A stretch of 64,000 nucleotides of DNA from an uncultured Erysipelotrichaceae bacterium (GTDB taxonomy: Bacteria; Bacillota_I; Bacilli_A; RFN20; CAG-826), in NCBI GenBank assembly GCA_902800025.1, contig CADCDA010000003.1:13154-77153 (forward strand), written 5' to 3'. Shown here in pieces: positions 25,140-34,825 of the stretch. Under the pieces are notes generated by a model. That model saw only the letters and a program-made list of their open reading frames with translations. It was not told where the DNA came from and did not search any database. Both the position numbers and the translations under genes were made by a program. Positions within the stretch are counted from its first letter, which is position 1. Every line of letters begins with the position of its first letter.

Positions 25140-26891
25140 CTAATTGTGCAACTTATTATATAAACTTTCCGCTACTTCACTTGGAAGGATTTGACTGAGC
25201 TCTTCTAAGCTTGCTTCTTTTAATGAATTAATGTCTGGATATAATCTTGTAATAACTTCTTTTCTTTTATTTCCTAGACCTTTTACTTCATCAAAGATTG
25301 AAACAGTCATCGCTTTGTTTCTTTTTTCTTTATGGAACGAAATAGCGAATCGGTGGACTTCATCTTGCATTCTTGTTAATAGGAAAAATAATTTCTTGTT
25401 TTCAATAGGGTAAGTATTACTATCAATATCGATTAGTCCACTTGTGGAATGTTTATCATCTTTATATAAGCCAAAAACTGGAATCTCAACTTCAATTTCT
25501 TTTAAGGCTTTAGAAGCACTTTCAACTTGAGGAAGTCCACCATCGACTAAAATTAAATCTGGATACTTTTTGTTTTCATTTTTTAATCTTAAATAATGTC
25601 GAGTAATAACTTCTTCCATACTCTTAAAATCATCACGAGCTTCTTCGTGTTCGATTTTAAATTTTCGATATAACTTTTTAGCGGGTTCACCGTTAATATA
25701 AGCAACCATCGCTCCAACTGGAGAAGATCCTTGTAGATGAGAATTATCGAATAGTTCGATATGGTATGGGGTTTTAATATTTAAGAGTGTTCCTAATTCT
25801 TCTAAAAGTGCGATTTTATCAGTGTCTAATTTTGAAGATAAGAAATATTCATCTAAAGCGTTATCAGCGTTACTTTTTGCCGACATCACTAAATCATAGA
25901 GCTTTCCTTTTGTGACACTTAAAACATTCGCATCTAGATAAACGCTTAATTCATCCACTACATAAGTAGAGTTAACAATTATTTCAGTTGGAAGAGGGCA
26001 TCTTTCATATAATTGAGTGATGAGTTCCACGACTTGTTCCTCTTCTTCTCCAAAAGCTTCAACAACATGCGTTTCTTTTCCTAATAACATGCCATTTCGA
26101 TAAATGAGAAAAGCGATTGATAAATAGCCGTTTCGACTAGAAAAGGCGAAGATATCACGACTTGTCTTATCTTTACTTTCAACAGTCATCGAAGTATTGA
26201 TATGCTCAATCGAATCGATGATATCTTTATATTCTTTAGCGAGTTCGTAATTCATTTCATTACTCGCTTCAATCATTTTTTGTTTTAATAAGCGTATTTC
26301 TTCAGAGTTATTTCCATTGAGGAAGTTTTTAATTTTGACTCTGAGTTCATCATAAACACTTTCTTCTATTTTATTAACACAAGGGGCTAAGCATTGCCCG
26401 AGGTGATAATAAAGGCACACTGAAGAAGGGATGCTGCGACATTTTCTAATTGGATAAACTTTGTTTATAAGGTCCACCATTTTGTAGGCTGCTCCACTAT
26501 TAGGGAATGGACCATAATAATCATAGTTTTTATCCTTGTTATTTCTTTTTATTTGAAGAGTGACATCGCCTTTTTTCTTAATCGCAATATACGGATAATG
26601 GCTGCCGTCTTTAAGAAGAATATTAAATCTTGGATAGTATTGATGAATAAGGTTCATTTCTAAGACGAGTGCTTCTTTTTCGTTTTGCACGATAATCGTT
26701 TCAAAATGATCGACGTTTTGAACCATTCTAAAAACCTTGCCAGCTTGTGGTCTTAAGAAATATTGGCTCACTCTTTTTTGAAGGTCTTTGGCTTTGCCAA
26801 CATATATTACAACATTATCTTTATCGTACATTAAATACACTCCTGGAGAGTGCTTTAAATTCGATATTAATACTTTTATCTTTTCAGTCAT
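25140..26891 (-). CDS. uvrC: excinuclease ABC subunit C
   Basis: N-terminal GIY-YIG (PGVYLMYDKDNVVIYVGKAKDLQKRVSQYF) and a C-terminal HhH. The likely start is the ATG at 26891, overlapping the mutS2 stop. Confidence 0.85.
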   Translation of the reverse strand: MTEKIKVLISNLKHSPGVYLMYDKDNVVIYVGKAKDLQKRVSQYFLRPQAGKVFRMVQNVDHFETIIVQNEKEALVLEMNLIHQYYPRFNILLKDGSHYPYIAIKKKGDVTLQIKRNNKDKNYDYYGPFPNSGAAYKMVDLINKVYPIRKCRSIPSSVCLYYHLGQCLAPCVNKIEESVYDELRVKIKNFLNGNNSEEIRLLKQKMIEASNEMNYELAKEYKDIIDSIEHINTSMTVESKDKTSRDIFAFSSRNGYLSIAFLIYRNGMLLGKETHVVEAFGEEEEQVVELITQLYERCPLPTEIIVNSTYVVDELSVYLDANVLSVTKGKLYDLVMSAKSNADNALDEYFLSSKLDTDKIALLEELGTLLNIKTPYHIELFDNSHLQGSSPVGAMVAYINGEPAKKLYRKFKIEHEEARDDFKSMEEVITRHYLRLKNENKKYPDLILVDGGLPQVESASKALKEIEVEIPVFGLYKDDKHSTSGLIDIDSNTYPIENKKLFFLLTRMQDEVHRFAISFHKEKRNKAMTVSIFDEVKGLGNKRKEVITRLYPDINSLKEASLEELSQILPSEVAESLYNKLHN

Positions 26892-29190
26892 GAAGAATGA
26901 CGACGGTTGCCCCGCCTCCTCCTTCGTTGATATCACCTAAACGATATTTAACACCTTTGAGAGTGGATAAATATTCGTGGACCATTTTACGGAGAACACC
27001 ATTACCGAATCCATGGATGATTCTGACTTGTTTGATGTTTTTGATTTTGACATTATCAAGATATTTTTCTAAGGCTTCTTTAGCCTCGTCTCTTCTCATT
27101 CCGATGATATTGAGTTCAAGCCCGACATTCGTGTTAATTTTGTTTTCAAAATAGTTTTCACTCTTTTTAACTTTGTTAACATTATTTGGAGCTATTTTAT
27201 GAAGTTTATTGATTTCGATATCATAAGAAAGACCGTCTGCACTTAAGATGTGGGCTTTCTTTCCATTAATCCTAACGACTCGACCTTCTAAAGATAGAGA
27301 TGGGTAAAGGACATAATCGTTTTCTTTTATCTCTTCATCATAGATGATTACAGTTTCGACTTCTTTTAAATCCTCAACTTGTTTCTTTAAATTGATAGCC
27401 TCATGAAGCTTGATATCACTCTTATTAAGAGATTTGATTACTTGATCAATTTCTTCATTAACATCCTTAAGGATTTGTTCTTTTTCTAACTTAACTGACT
27501 CAAGGAGGTGTTCTTTTTGATTTTTCAGGTTCTCTTGGGCTTTCTCAAGCTCTTTTCTTTCTCTTTCAAGATTTTGTCTAACGAGTTGATTTTCTCTTTT
27601 TAAACGTTCTGTTTCATCGATTTGTTTATTAAGTCTAGAAATTAAGGTTTCAAAGTCATTACTGTCTTCGTTAAGATATTCTTTTTTTACTTCTTCAATC
27701 GAATTGCGATTAATTCCATATCTCGTTGCAACTTCAAAACCATAACTCTTTCCTGGAGCTTGATATTTATAAATATAAGTAGGAAGCAATTTGTCTTCAT
27801 CGAAAAGCATTGAACTATTTTCAATGTTATTAGATAAATAAGCATACTCTTTGATTTTTGAATAATGGGATGAAATCATCGCAAGCGAATGTCTTTTTTC
27901 AATCTCTTTAAGAACCACCAAAGCGATAATTTCTCCTTCTTTTGGATCGGTTCCAGTTCCTAATTCATCAAGTAACACTAGATCTTTTCCTTTGGTGACA
28001 TCGATGATTTCAGCGATATTTTTCATATGTCCAGAGAACGTAGAAAGATTATCATTAAGTGATTGATTATCACCGATATCAAGATAGATATGTTCGAATA
28101 TTCCTAGTGTTGCTTTACTAACAGGAATAGCTAAGCCACATTGATTCATTAAAGTTAATAATCCCACGACTTTTAAAGAAACAGTTTTTCCTCCAGCATT
28201 AGGTCCACTTATAACAACGATTCTTTTCTCTTCATCGAGATGATAATCATTTCCTACAACTTTATTTTTATCAATTAAAGGATGTTTAGCGTTTTCTAAA
28301 AGAATTTCTTGCTTATTTGATAAAGCCGCTATTCTCATCTCGTTATTAAGAGCGTAATTCGCTTTAGCGGAAATAAAATCTATGTAACCTATAACATTAT
28401 TGTTATGGATAACTTCCTCTTCTTGAAGTAACACTAAAGCGGTGAGTTCTTTTAAAATTTTTCTCACTTCTTCGTTTTCTTCGATTTTCTTGCTTGCTAT
28501 ATCGTTATTTAATTGAACAAGTTCAAGAGGTTCGATAAATGTTGTATTACCACTATCAGAGATATCATAAATAATTCCAAGAACCTTATTCTTATTAGCG
28601 GTTTTCACTGGTAAAACAAAATGACCATCTCGAATTGTGACATTGCTATCGCTAAGATATGAAGAATATCGATACGCTAGAGAAGATACTTTGCTATTCA
28701 AACTCGCTTCTAAAGTTTTGATTTTATGTCTAATTTCTTTAAGTGTTGGAGAAGCGTTATCACTTACTGTGAGGCTTGGTGTTATTACTCTTTTAATTGA
28801 ATTCTTCAAAGAGGAAAGTTCTTTCATTGAGTTGATATATTCTCCAATAATCGGATAATCACCACCATGCTTTTGATAATGGGCGATTAATTTATCACTT
28901 AGTTCAATATCATTTAAAACATGATTTAAATCACTTGGTGTCATCATCGCTGTCTTTTTAGCGATATCAATCAAAGTCAAAATAGCAACACTACTAGAAA
29001 TTGGAAGAGGGCCATATCGCGAAATAAGGTTCATCATTTCATCGAGTTCATCTAAAGATTTTTTAACAGCATTAAAGTTAGAATTCATTTTCATTTCAAA
29101 AATGAGTTCCTTTCCTTTTTCAGTTTTTGCAAACTCGAGAATACCCTCTTGGATTCTTTTAAATTCTAATGTGTTATATACGTCTAACAT
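26884..29190 (-). CDS. mutS2: endonuclease MutS2 (MutS domains + C-terminal Smr)
   Basis: Walker A GPNAGGKT, DELGTGTD, and a C-terminal Smr-like LDNVKIKNIKQVRIIHGFGNGVLR. The true start is likely the ATG at 29190 (MLDVYNTLEFKRIQ). Confidence 0.85.
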   Translation of the reverse strand: MLDVYNTLEFKRIQEGILEFAKTEKGKELIFEMKMNSNFNAVKKSLDELDEMMNLISRYGPLPISSSVAILTLIDIAKKTAMMTPSDLNHVLNDIELSDKLIAHYQKHGGDYPIIGEYINSMKELSSLKNSIKRVITPSLTVSDNASPTLKEIRHKIKTLEASLNSKVSSLAYRYSSYLSDSNVTIRDGHFVLPVKTANKNKVLGIIYDISDSGNTTFIEPLELVQLNNDIASKKIEENEEVRKILKELTALVLLQEEEVIHNNNVIGYIDFISAKANYALNNEMRIAALSNKQEILLENAKHPLIDKNKVVGNDYHLDEEKRIVVISGPNAGGKTVSLKVVGLLTLMNQCGLAIPVSKATLGIFEHIYLDIGDNQSLNDNLSTFSGHMKNIAEIIDVTKGKDLVLLDELGTGTDPKEGEIIALVVLKEIEKRHSLAMISSHYSKIKEYAYLSNNIENSSMLFDEDKLLPTYIYKYQAPGKSYGFEVATRYGINRNSIEEVKKEYLNEDSNDFETLISRLNKQIDETERLKRENQLVRQNLERERKELEKAQENLKNQKEHLLESVKLEKEQILKDVNEEIDQVIKSLNKSDIKLHEAINLKKQVEDLKEVETVIIYDEEIKENDYVLYPSLSLEGRVVRINGKKAHILSADGLSYDIEINKLHKIAPNNVNKVKKSENYFENKINTNVGLELNIIGMRRDEAKEALEKYLDNVKIKNIKQVRIIHGFGNGVLRKMVHEYLSTLKGVKYRLGDINEGGGGATVVILHD

Positions 29191-29264
29191 GATTCTTTTA
29201 TTCCAACCAGATACATTAAGTATATCAAAACAATACAAAAACTCATAATGAATAGATATGACAA

Positions 29265-29552
29265 ATGATGGTAAGAAAAGCAAAAGAAACTGTGAAGACC
29301 ACAATCAATGTAGCGATGGTCTATACCTACTATGAGATAGGTAGAAGAATAGTTGAAGAAGAACAAAAAGGGCAAAGTAGAGCAGATTATGGAAAAGAAA
29401 TACTTCAGCAGCTTTCGAATTCTTTGACTAAGGAGTTTGGAAAAGGCTATTCAATTTCAAACATTAGAGCCATACGACAATTCTTTATCACTTATAAAAG
29501 TGATCAAATTCAACAAACAGTGTTTAGCGAATTCAAAAACTGGTGTAGTTAA
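29265..29552 (+). pseudogene. remnant of a DUF1016 (YhcG-like PDDEXK nuclease) N-terminal domain
   Basis: YEIGRRIVEEEQKGQSRADYGKEILQQLSNSLTKEFGKGYSISNIRAIRQFFITY matches the DUF1016 N-terminal region. Only 95 aa remain out of roughly 340. Confidence 0.45.
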
Positions 29553-29597
29553 GATGTGATTTGAAGTATCATTATTAATGAGTAAAATAATATTGAT

Positions 29598-30488
29598 ATG
29601 ATTTCCATCAAAGTTACGCCTGAACAGTATCAAGAAATTAAGGATCACTATTCCTCATATTTTGTTAACGCAGCCGGAGACTATATCGACTTTGTCGCTA
29701 ATGTCGAAGGATGTGTTATTACTGGATATACTTCTAAGAAAACAAAAAAGTCCATCATTTTTAATGGTGAAAACGAATATGAAGAAGCTAGTAAATGGGT
29801 AGAAGTAGAAACACCAGTTAAAAAAGAAGAAGAGAAACTCCACTTTGTGGACTATGGCGAACAAATCGGTTCAGATGAAGTTGGAGTTGGAGATTTCCTC
29901 CTCCCAATGATTGTGGTCGCTGTTTATATGAGAAAAGACCAATATCAAAGGCTTAAAGAACTCGGTGTAACCGATTCTAAAAAAATGAGCGATCAAAAAA
30001 TTAGAGAAATCGGTCCAACATTAGTCAAAGAATTTGAATATAGTAAACTCACTCTTCCAAATAGCAAATATAATGAGATGTATCTAAAGGAAGAAAATCT
30101 TAATAGCCTTAAGGCTAAAATGCATAATCGCGCTTTATATAATCTCCATAAAAAATATGAGGATGTTATCGCTATTTATGTCGACCAATTTGTCGATGAG
30201 AAAACTTATTATAAATATCTTAATGATGAAAACGAACCAATCGTCAAAGGAATCTCATTTAAAACCAAAGGTGAACAAAGATTCCCAAGTGTCGCTGCCG
30301 CTAGTGTTATTGCTAGATATGCATTCTTATTAGAAAAAGATCGTTTAGAAGCTAAATACGGTATCGAGTTCCCTTGTGGAGCTGGTCCAAAAGTCGACAA
30401 AATTAAAAAAATCCTTCTTGAGAAAGTCGGACAGGAAGAATTTGATAGCTTAGTTAAGAAGAATTTTAAGAATTATTCTTCTAATTGA
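29598..30488 (+). CDS. rnhC: ribonuclease HIII
   Basis: Catalytic GSDEVGVGD. The ~300-aa length with an N-terminal extension is typical of RNase HIII. It is adjacent to mutS2, as in Firmicutes. Confidence 0.75.
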   Translation: MISIKVTPEQYQEIKDHYSSYFVNAAGDYIDFVANVEGCVITGYTSKKTKKSIIFNGENEYEEASKWVEVETPVKKEEEKLHFVDYGEQIGSDEVGVGDFLLPMIVVAVYMRKDQYQRLKELGVTDSKKMSDQKIREIGPTLVKEFEYSKLTLPNSKYNEMYLKEENLNSLKAKMHNRALYNLHKKYEDVIAIYVDQFVDEKTYYKYLNDENEPIVKGISFKTKGEQRFPSVAAASVIARYAFLLEKDRLEAKYGIEFPCGAGPKVDKIKKILLEKVGQEEFDSLVKKNFKNYSSN

Positions 30489-31381
30489 TGTAAAACATCA
30501 ACAAAGTAATCAGGTAAATCGATATTAAAGGTCATCTCTTCGTTAGTGGAAGGATGAATTAAAGTTAAAGAGGTCGCTACTAAAAGCTGACCTTTTTTAT
30601 ATAAAGAATCATATTTCCTTCCAGCGTATAAAGGATCGCCTTCAACAGGATAACCAATATAAGAAAGATGGACTCTAATTTGATGAGTTCTTCCAGTTTT
30701 AAGATGACATTCCACTAAAGTGTGTTCTTTATATCTTTTCAAAACTTTGAAATATGTAATTGCCTCTTTAGAGTTAGTTCTTGTTACCCCCATCTTTTGA
30801 CGGTTATTTGGATCTCTTCCGATTGGAAGATTAATTTCTCCACTATTTTCTGGGATGATTCCTTTAACTAAAGCGGTATAAGTTCTTGCCATTGTATGAT
30901 CTTTTAGTTGCTCAGCAAGTTTAAGATGAGCATTATCATTTTTAGCGACACATATTAACCCACTTGTATCTTTATCAATACGGTGGACTATTCCAGGACG
31001 ATTCACCCCGTTAATGCCACTCAAATCTTTACAGTGATATAAGATTGCGTTTACTAAAGTGTGTTCATTATGTCCATTAGAAGGATGGACCACCATTCCT
31101 TGTGGTTTATTGATAATCAAAATATCTTTATCTTCATAAACAATATCTAAAGGAATATCTTCTTTGTTTACTTCAAGTTCTTTATTTTCTGGAATAGTCA
31201 AAGATATAACATCATTCTCTTTTAATTTTAAAGAACTTTTTGCTTCTTTGTCGTTTACAAACACTTCACCTTCATCAATAATCTTAGCGATATGAGTTCT
31301 AGAGAAGTTAGTCAAAACACTAGATAAGAATTTATCTAGACGATATCCATTATATTCATTTGTAACGACAAATTTATTCAT
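30473..31381 (-). CDS. rluD: RluA/RluD-family 23S rRNA pseudouridine synthase
   Basis: S4-like N-terminus and catalytic HRIDKDTSGLICVAKN. Confidence 0.8.
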   Translation of the reverse strand: MNKFVVTNEYNGYRLDKFLSSVLTNFSRTHIAKIIDEGEVFVNDKEAKSSLKLKENDVISLTIPENKELEVNKEDIPLDIVYEDKDILIINKPQGMVVHPSNGHNEHTLVNAILYHCKDLSGINGVNRPGIVHRIDKDTSGLICVAKNDNAHLKLAEQLKDHTMARTYTALVKGIIPENSGEINLPIGRDPNNRQKMGVTRTNSKEAITYFKVLKRYKEHTLVECHLKTGRTHQIRVHLSYIGYPVEGDPLYAGRKYDSLYKKGQLLVATSLTLIHPSTNEEMTFNIDLPDYFVDVLHQLEE

Positions 31382-32039
31382 CTTTATTTTCTTGTTTTTG
31401 AGCTTCTAAATATTTGTTCTTTTCTTGCTCGGTTTTAGAAACAAGTTTCACTGTTTCTTCTTTTTTACTATCCTCTTTTGGAGTGTTTTTTGCTTTAATT
31501 CTCGCTTCGATAACATCAGTGATAATCATAAAGATAATTAGCATAAAGGCAGCGACAACAACACTGCTATCAGCGATATTGAAGTTGAACTTCCAAACTC
31601 CATAAAAATCGATCCAGTCAACAACACCTTGAACGGTTGAATTTAAGAATTCAGGGGTATAGAAAATACGGTCAATAACATTACCAAGAGCCCCGGCAAT
31701 AACCATCATGAAACATGCACGATAATATTTGCCGATATTACCCCACTTTTTTATAAGGAAAAAGATGATAATACTGACGATAACTAAAGCGACAATGCAG
31801 AAAATAATGCGGTTAGTTAAATCATTTCCGGTTGATAAACCAAAGACAAAATTATTGTTGATAACATAGTTAATTCTTAAAAATCCAGGAATTAGCACGA
31901 TTCCGCCTTCAGAGATAATATGGCGGCTATTAGCGACGACAACTTGTTTAGTGACAAAATCAATAATAAGTAAAAGCACTCCAAGCCAAATAAATGACTC
32001 AAAAACCCATTTACCAGTTTTTAAAAATTTCTCTTTCAT
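31374..32039 (-). CDS. lspA: lipoprotein signal peptidase II with K/E-rich C-terminal tail
   Basis: Four TM helices and conserved GALGNVIDR. Its position next to rluD and ileS is the conserved synteny. Confidence 0.8.
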   Translation of the reverse strand: MKEKFLKTGKWVFESFIWLGVLLLIIDFVTKQVVVANSRHIISEGGIVLIPGFLRINYVINNNFVFGLSTGNDLTNRIIFCIVALVIVSIIIFFLIKKWGNIGKYYRACFMMVIAGALGNVIDRIFYTPEFLNSTVQGVVDWIDFYGVWKFNFNIADSSVVVAAFMLIIFMIITDVIEARIKAKNTPKEDSKKEETVKLVSKTEQEKNKYLEAQKQENKDE

Positions 32040-34783
32040 TATTTATGTATCACTTTCTGGCATCTTGGGCAGAGATAATCGCCATCATCTTGAATTAATG
32101 CAAGTTTAGAATAGTTCCAACATCTTGAACATTTTTGTCCTTCATGATGTCTAATTGCCACTTTACTAACTTCGTAATCTTTACTATCTTCATTAGTGCC
32201 AAATTCGACTTCAGAAACAACAAATAAAGTTGCAAGTTCTTCTTTAGTAAATTTATTTACTAAATCTTGATGATCTTTATCAGTGGATAAGTACACCATC
32301 GCTTCTTGAGCAGAACCGATAATTTTATTATTTCTTGCTTCTTCTAAAGCTTTTAAGACATCTTTACGAAGGTCGATAACCTTTTCATATTCTTCAAATA
32401 ATTTTGTGTCATCTCTTTCTTCGTAAGTTGGATAATCTAATAATTGGACATTTTTCTTTCTCTCACCTGGAAGATTACGATTAAATTCATCCATTGTAAA
32501 TGGAAGGATTGGGTTTAACACTCTTAAAAGTGTTTCACTTACTATATAGAAGACTGTTTGAATTTGTTTTCTTCTTAAAGAATCTTTTGCATCGCAGTAA
32601 AGACTATCTTTAGATATATCTAAATAGAAGGCACTTAATTCGCTTGAGCAGAAATTAAGGATTTCCATTGTTGCACTACTGAAATCATATTTATCAAAGC
32701 TGTTTTTACAAATTTTTACGAGTCTATTTAGCTTTGCTAAAATATATTCGTCTACTTTAGAGAATTCTTTGACTTCATCTTTTTTAGGATCATAGTCCAC
32801 TAAATTCCAAGATAAGAATTTTAAAGTATTTCTAATCTTACGATATTGTTCAGCAACTTGTTTGATAAGGTTTTCACCGATTCTCACATCTTGTTGATAA
32901 TCAATACTTGCTGTCCATAAACGGAGAATATCCGCGCCATAAACATTAGCGATTTTAACTGGATCAACACCATTTCCTTTAGACTTATGCATTTGTTCAC
33001 CGTGTTCATCTAAAACCCAACCATGTGAGGTAACAGTTTTATAAGGAGCAACATGGTTACATGCTACAGAAACGATTAAAGAAGAGTTAAACCAACCACG
33101 ATATTGGTCGCTTCCTTCTAAATATAAATCACTTGGATATCTAATTCCTCGATTGACTAAGACTCCATTCCAAGAAGATCCACTATCAAACCAGACATCC
33201 ATGATGTCGTTTTCTTTAGTGAATTCTCCATTAGGAGAATGTTCATTTTTGTATCCTTCAGGCAATAACTCTTTAGCGTTCTTTTCATACCAAATATTAC
33301 TACCATATTTCCTAAATAATTCTTCAATGTGTTTGAAGACTTTTTCTTCAATAATTGGAGTTCCATCTTCGGCATAGAAGATTGGGATAGGAACGCCCCA
33401 GGCTCTTTGACGGGAAATACACCAGTCACCACGGTCTTTAATCATGTTGACCATTCGATTTTCTCCCCAGGCTGGATACCATGTTGTCTCATGGATAATT
33501 TTGATTAATTCATCTCTAATTGGCTCAATTGAACAGAACCATTGAGAAGTCGCTCTAAAGATTAATGGTTTACCAGTTCTCCAATCGTGAGGATAGGAGT
33601 GAGTAAAGGTTGTGTGCTTAAGTAAGCTACCATTTTCTTCAATAATTTTTAAAACAGCGTCATTCGCCTTTTCATAGAAAAGACCTTCAATTCCTTCACC
33701 AGTTCCAGGCATCATAAAACCTTTTTCATCAACTGGGCAATATGGTTCTAATCCTCTTCCAGGATATTTTAAACACACTTGATAGTCTTCGACACCATGT
33801 CCTGGAGCGGTATGGACTAAACCAGTACCAGCGTCATTAGTGACGTGTGTGCCAACAATCACTAAAGAATCACGATCATAGAATGGGTGCTTACAGACGA
33901 CATATTCGAGTTCACTACCTCTAATTTCTTTTAATAAAGAAACATCTTCTAATTCAAGTTCTTTAGTTAAAGCTTCTTCAAATTCTTTTAAGAAGACAAG
34001 CTTTCCTCTATTAGAAGTTTGATATTCACCATAAATAAAGTCTGGATGAGCAGAGATTGCTAAGTTAGCAGGTAAGGTCCAAGGTGTAGTTGTCCAAATG
34101 ACAAGTCGAGCGTCTTGATCAACAACACCTTTTCCGTCTTTAACAGGGAAAGCAACATAAATTGAATGAGAAAGAACATCTGCGTATTCAATTTCTGCTT
34201 CTGCTAAAGCAGATTCAGAGCTTGGTGACCAATAAACTGGTTTTAAACCTTTATAAATAAGGCCAGAGAGCGCCATTTTAGAGAAGGCGTTAATCTGCAT
34301 CGCTTCATATTCTTTTAAAAGCGTTAAGTATGGATGATCAAAATCTCCAACTAAACCAAGTCTTCTAATTTGTTCCTTTTGATTAGCAACTTGTTTAAGA
34401 GCGTATTCTTCACATTTTTGCCTAAATTCAACAATTGGAGTTGTTTTACGATTAACACCACTTTTGGTTACTTGGTTTTCAATTGGTAAACCATGTGTGT
34501 CCCAGCCAAAAACAAAAGGAGTGTTAAATCCGTTCATATTCTTATAACGAACAACAAAATCTTTAAGAATACGATTTAACATATGTCCACAGTGCATGTT
34601 TCCATTTGCGTAAGGTGGACCATCGTGAAGAACGAATTCTTTCGCGTCTTTGCGATTTAAATTCATCTCTTCGTAGAGATTTTCATTTTTCCATTTTTCA
34701 ACTAAAACAGGTTCTTTTTGGTTGAGATTACCTCTCATTTCAAAGTCTGTTTTAAACATTAGTAACGTATCTTTATATTCCAT
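32039..34783 (-). CDS. ileS: isoleucyl-tRNA synthetase
   Basis: HIGH-type PPYANGNMHCGH, KMSKS-type MHKSKGN, and a C-terminal Zn finger CSRCW...CPRC. No T-box leader: only a 42-bp upstream intergene. Confidence 0.9.
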   Translation of the reverse strand: MEYKDTLLMFKTDFEMRGNLNQKEPVLVEKWKNENLYEEMNLNRKDAKEFVLHDGPPYANGNMHCGHMLNRILKDFVVRYKNMNGFNTPFVFGWDTHGLPIENQVTKSGVNRKTTPIVEFRQKCEEYALKQVANQKEQIRRLGLVGDFDHPYLTLLKEYEAMQINAFSKMALSGLIYKGLKPVYWSPSSESALAEAEIEYADVLSHSIYVAFPVKDGKGVVDQDARLVIWTTTPWTLPANLAISAHPDFIYGEYQTSNRGKLVFLKEFEEALTKELELEDVSLLKEIRGSELEYVVCKHPFYDRDSLVIVGTHVTNDAGTGLVHTAPGHGVEDYQVCLKYPGRGLEPYCPVDEKGFMMPGTGEGIEGLFYEKANDAVLKIIEENGSLLKHTTFTHSYPHDWRTGKPLIFRATSQWFCSIEPIRDELIKIIHETTWYPAWGENRMVNMIKDRGDWCISRQRAWGVPIPIFYAEDGTPIIEEKVFKHIEELFRKYGSNIWYEKNAKELLPEGYKNEHSPNGEFTKENDIMDVWFDSGSSWNGVLVNRGIRYPSDLYLEGSDQYRGWFNSSLIVSVACNHVAPYKTVTSHGWVLDEHGEQMHKSKGNGVDPVKIANVYGADILRLWTASIDYQQDVRIGENLIKQVAEQYRKIRNTLKFLSWNLVDYDPKKDEVKEFSKVDEYILAKLNRLVKICKNSFDKYDFSSATMEILNFCSSELSAFYLDISKDSLYCDAKDSLRRKQIQTVFYIVSETLLRVLNPILPFTMDEFNRNLPGERKKNVQLLDYPTYEERDDTKLFEEYEKVIDLRKDVLKALEEARNNKIIGSAQEAMVYLSTDKDHQDLVNKFTKEELATLFVVSEVEFGTNEDSKDYEVSKVAIRHHEGQKCSRCWNYSKLALIQDDGDYLCPRCQKVIHK

Positions 34784-34825
34784 ATTTACGTTCCTTTCTA
34801 TGAAGTTAAATTATGAATAATTTAG

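Noticed and set aside
34784-34825. T-box riboswitch leaders upstream of ileS and pheS (46139-46250)
   Set aside because: The intergenic spaces are only 42 bp and 112 bp. That is far too short for a T-box, and there is no specifier or antiterminator structure.
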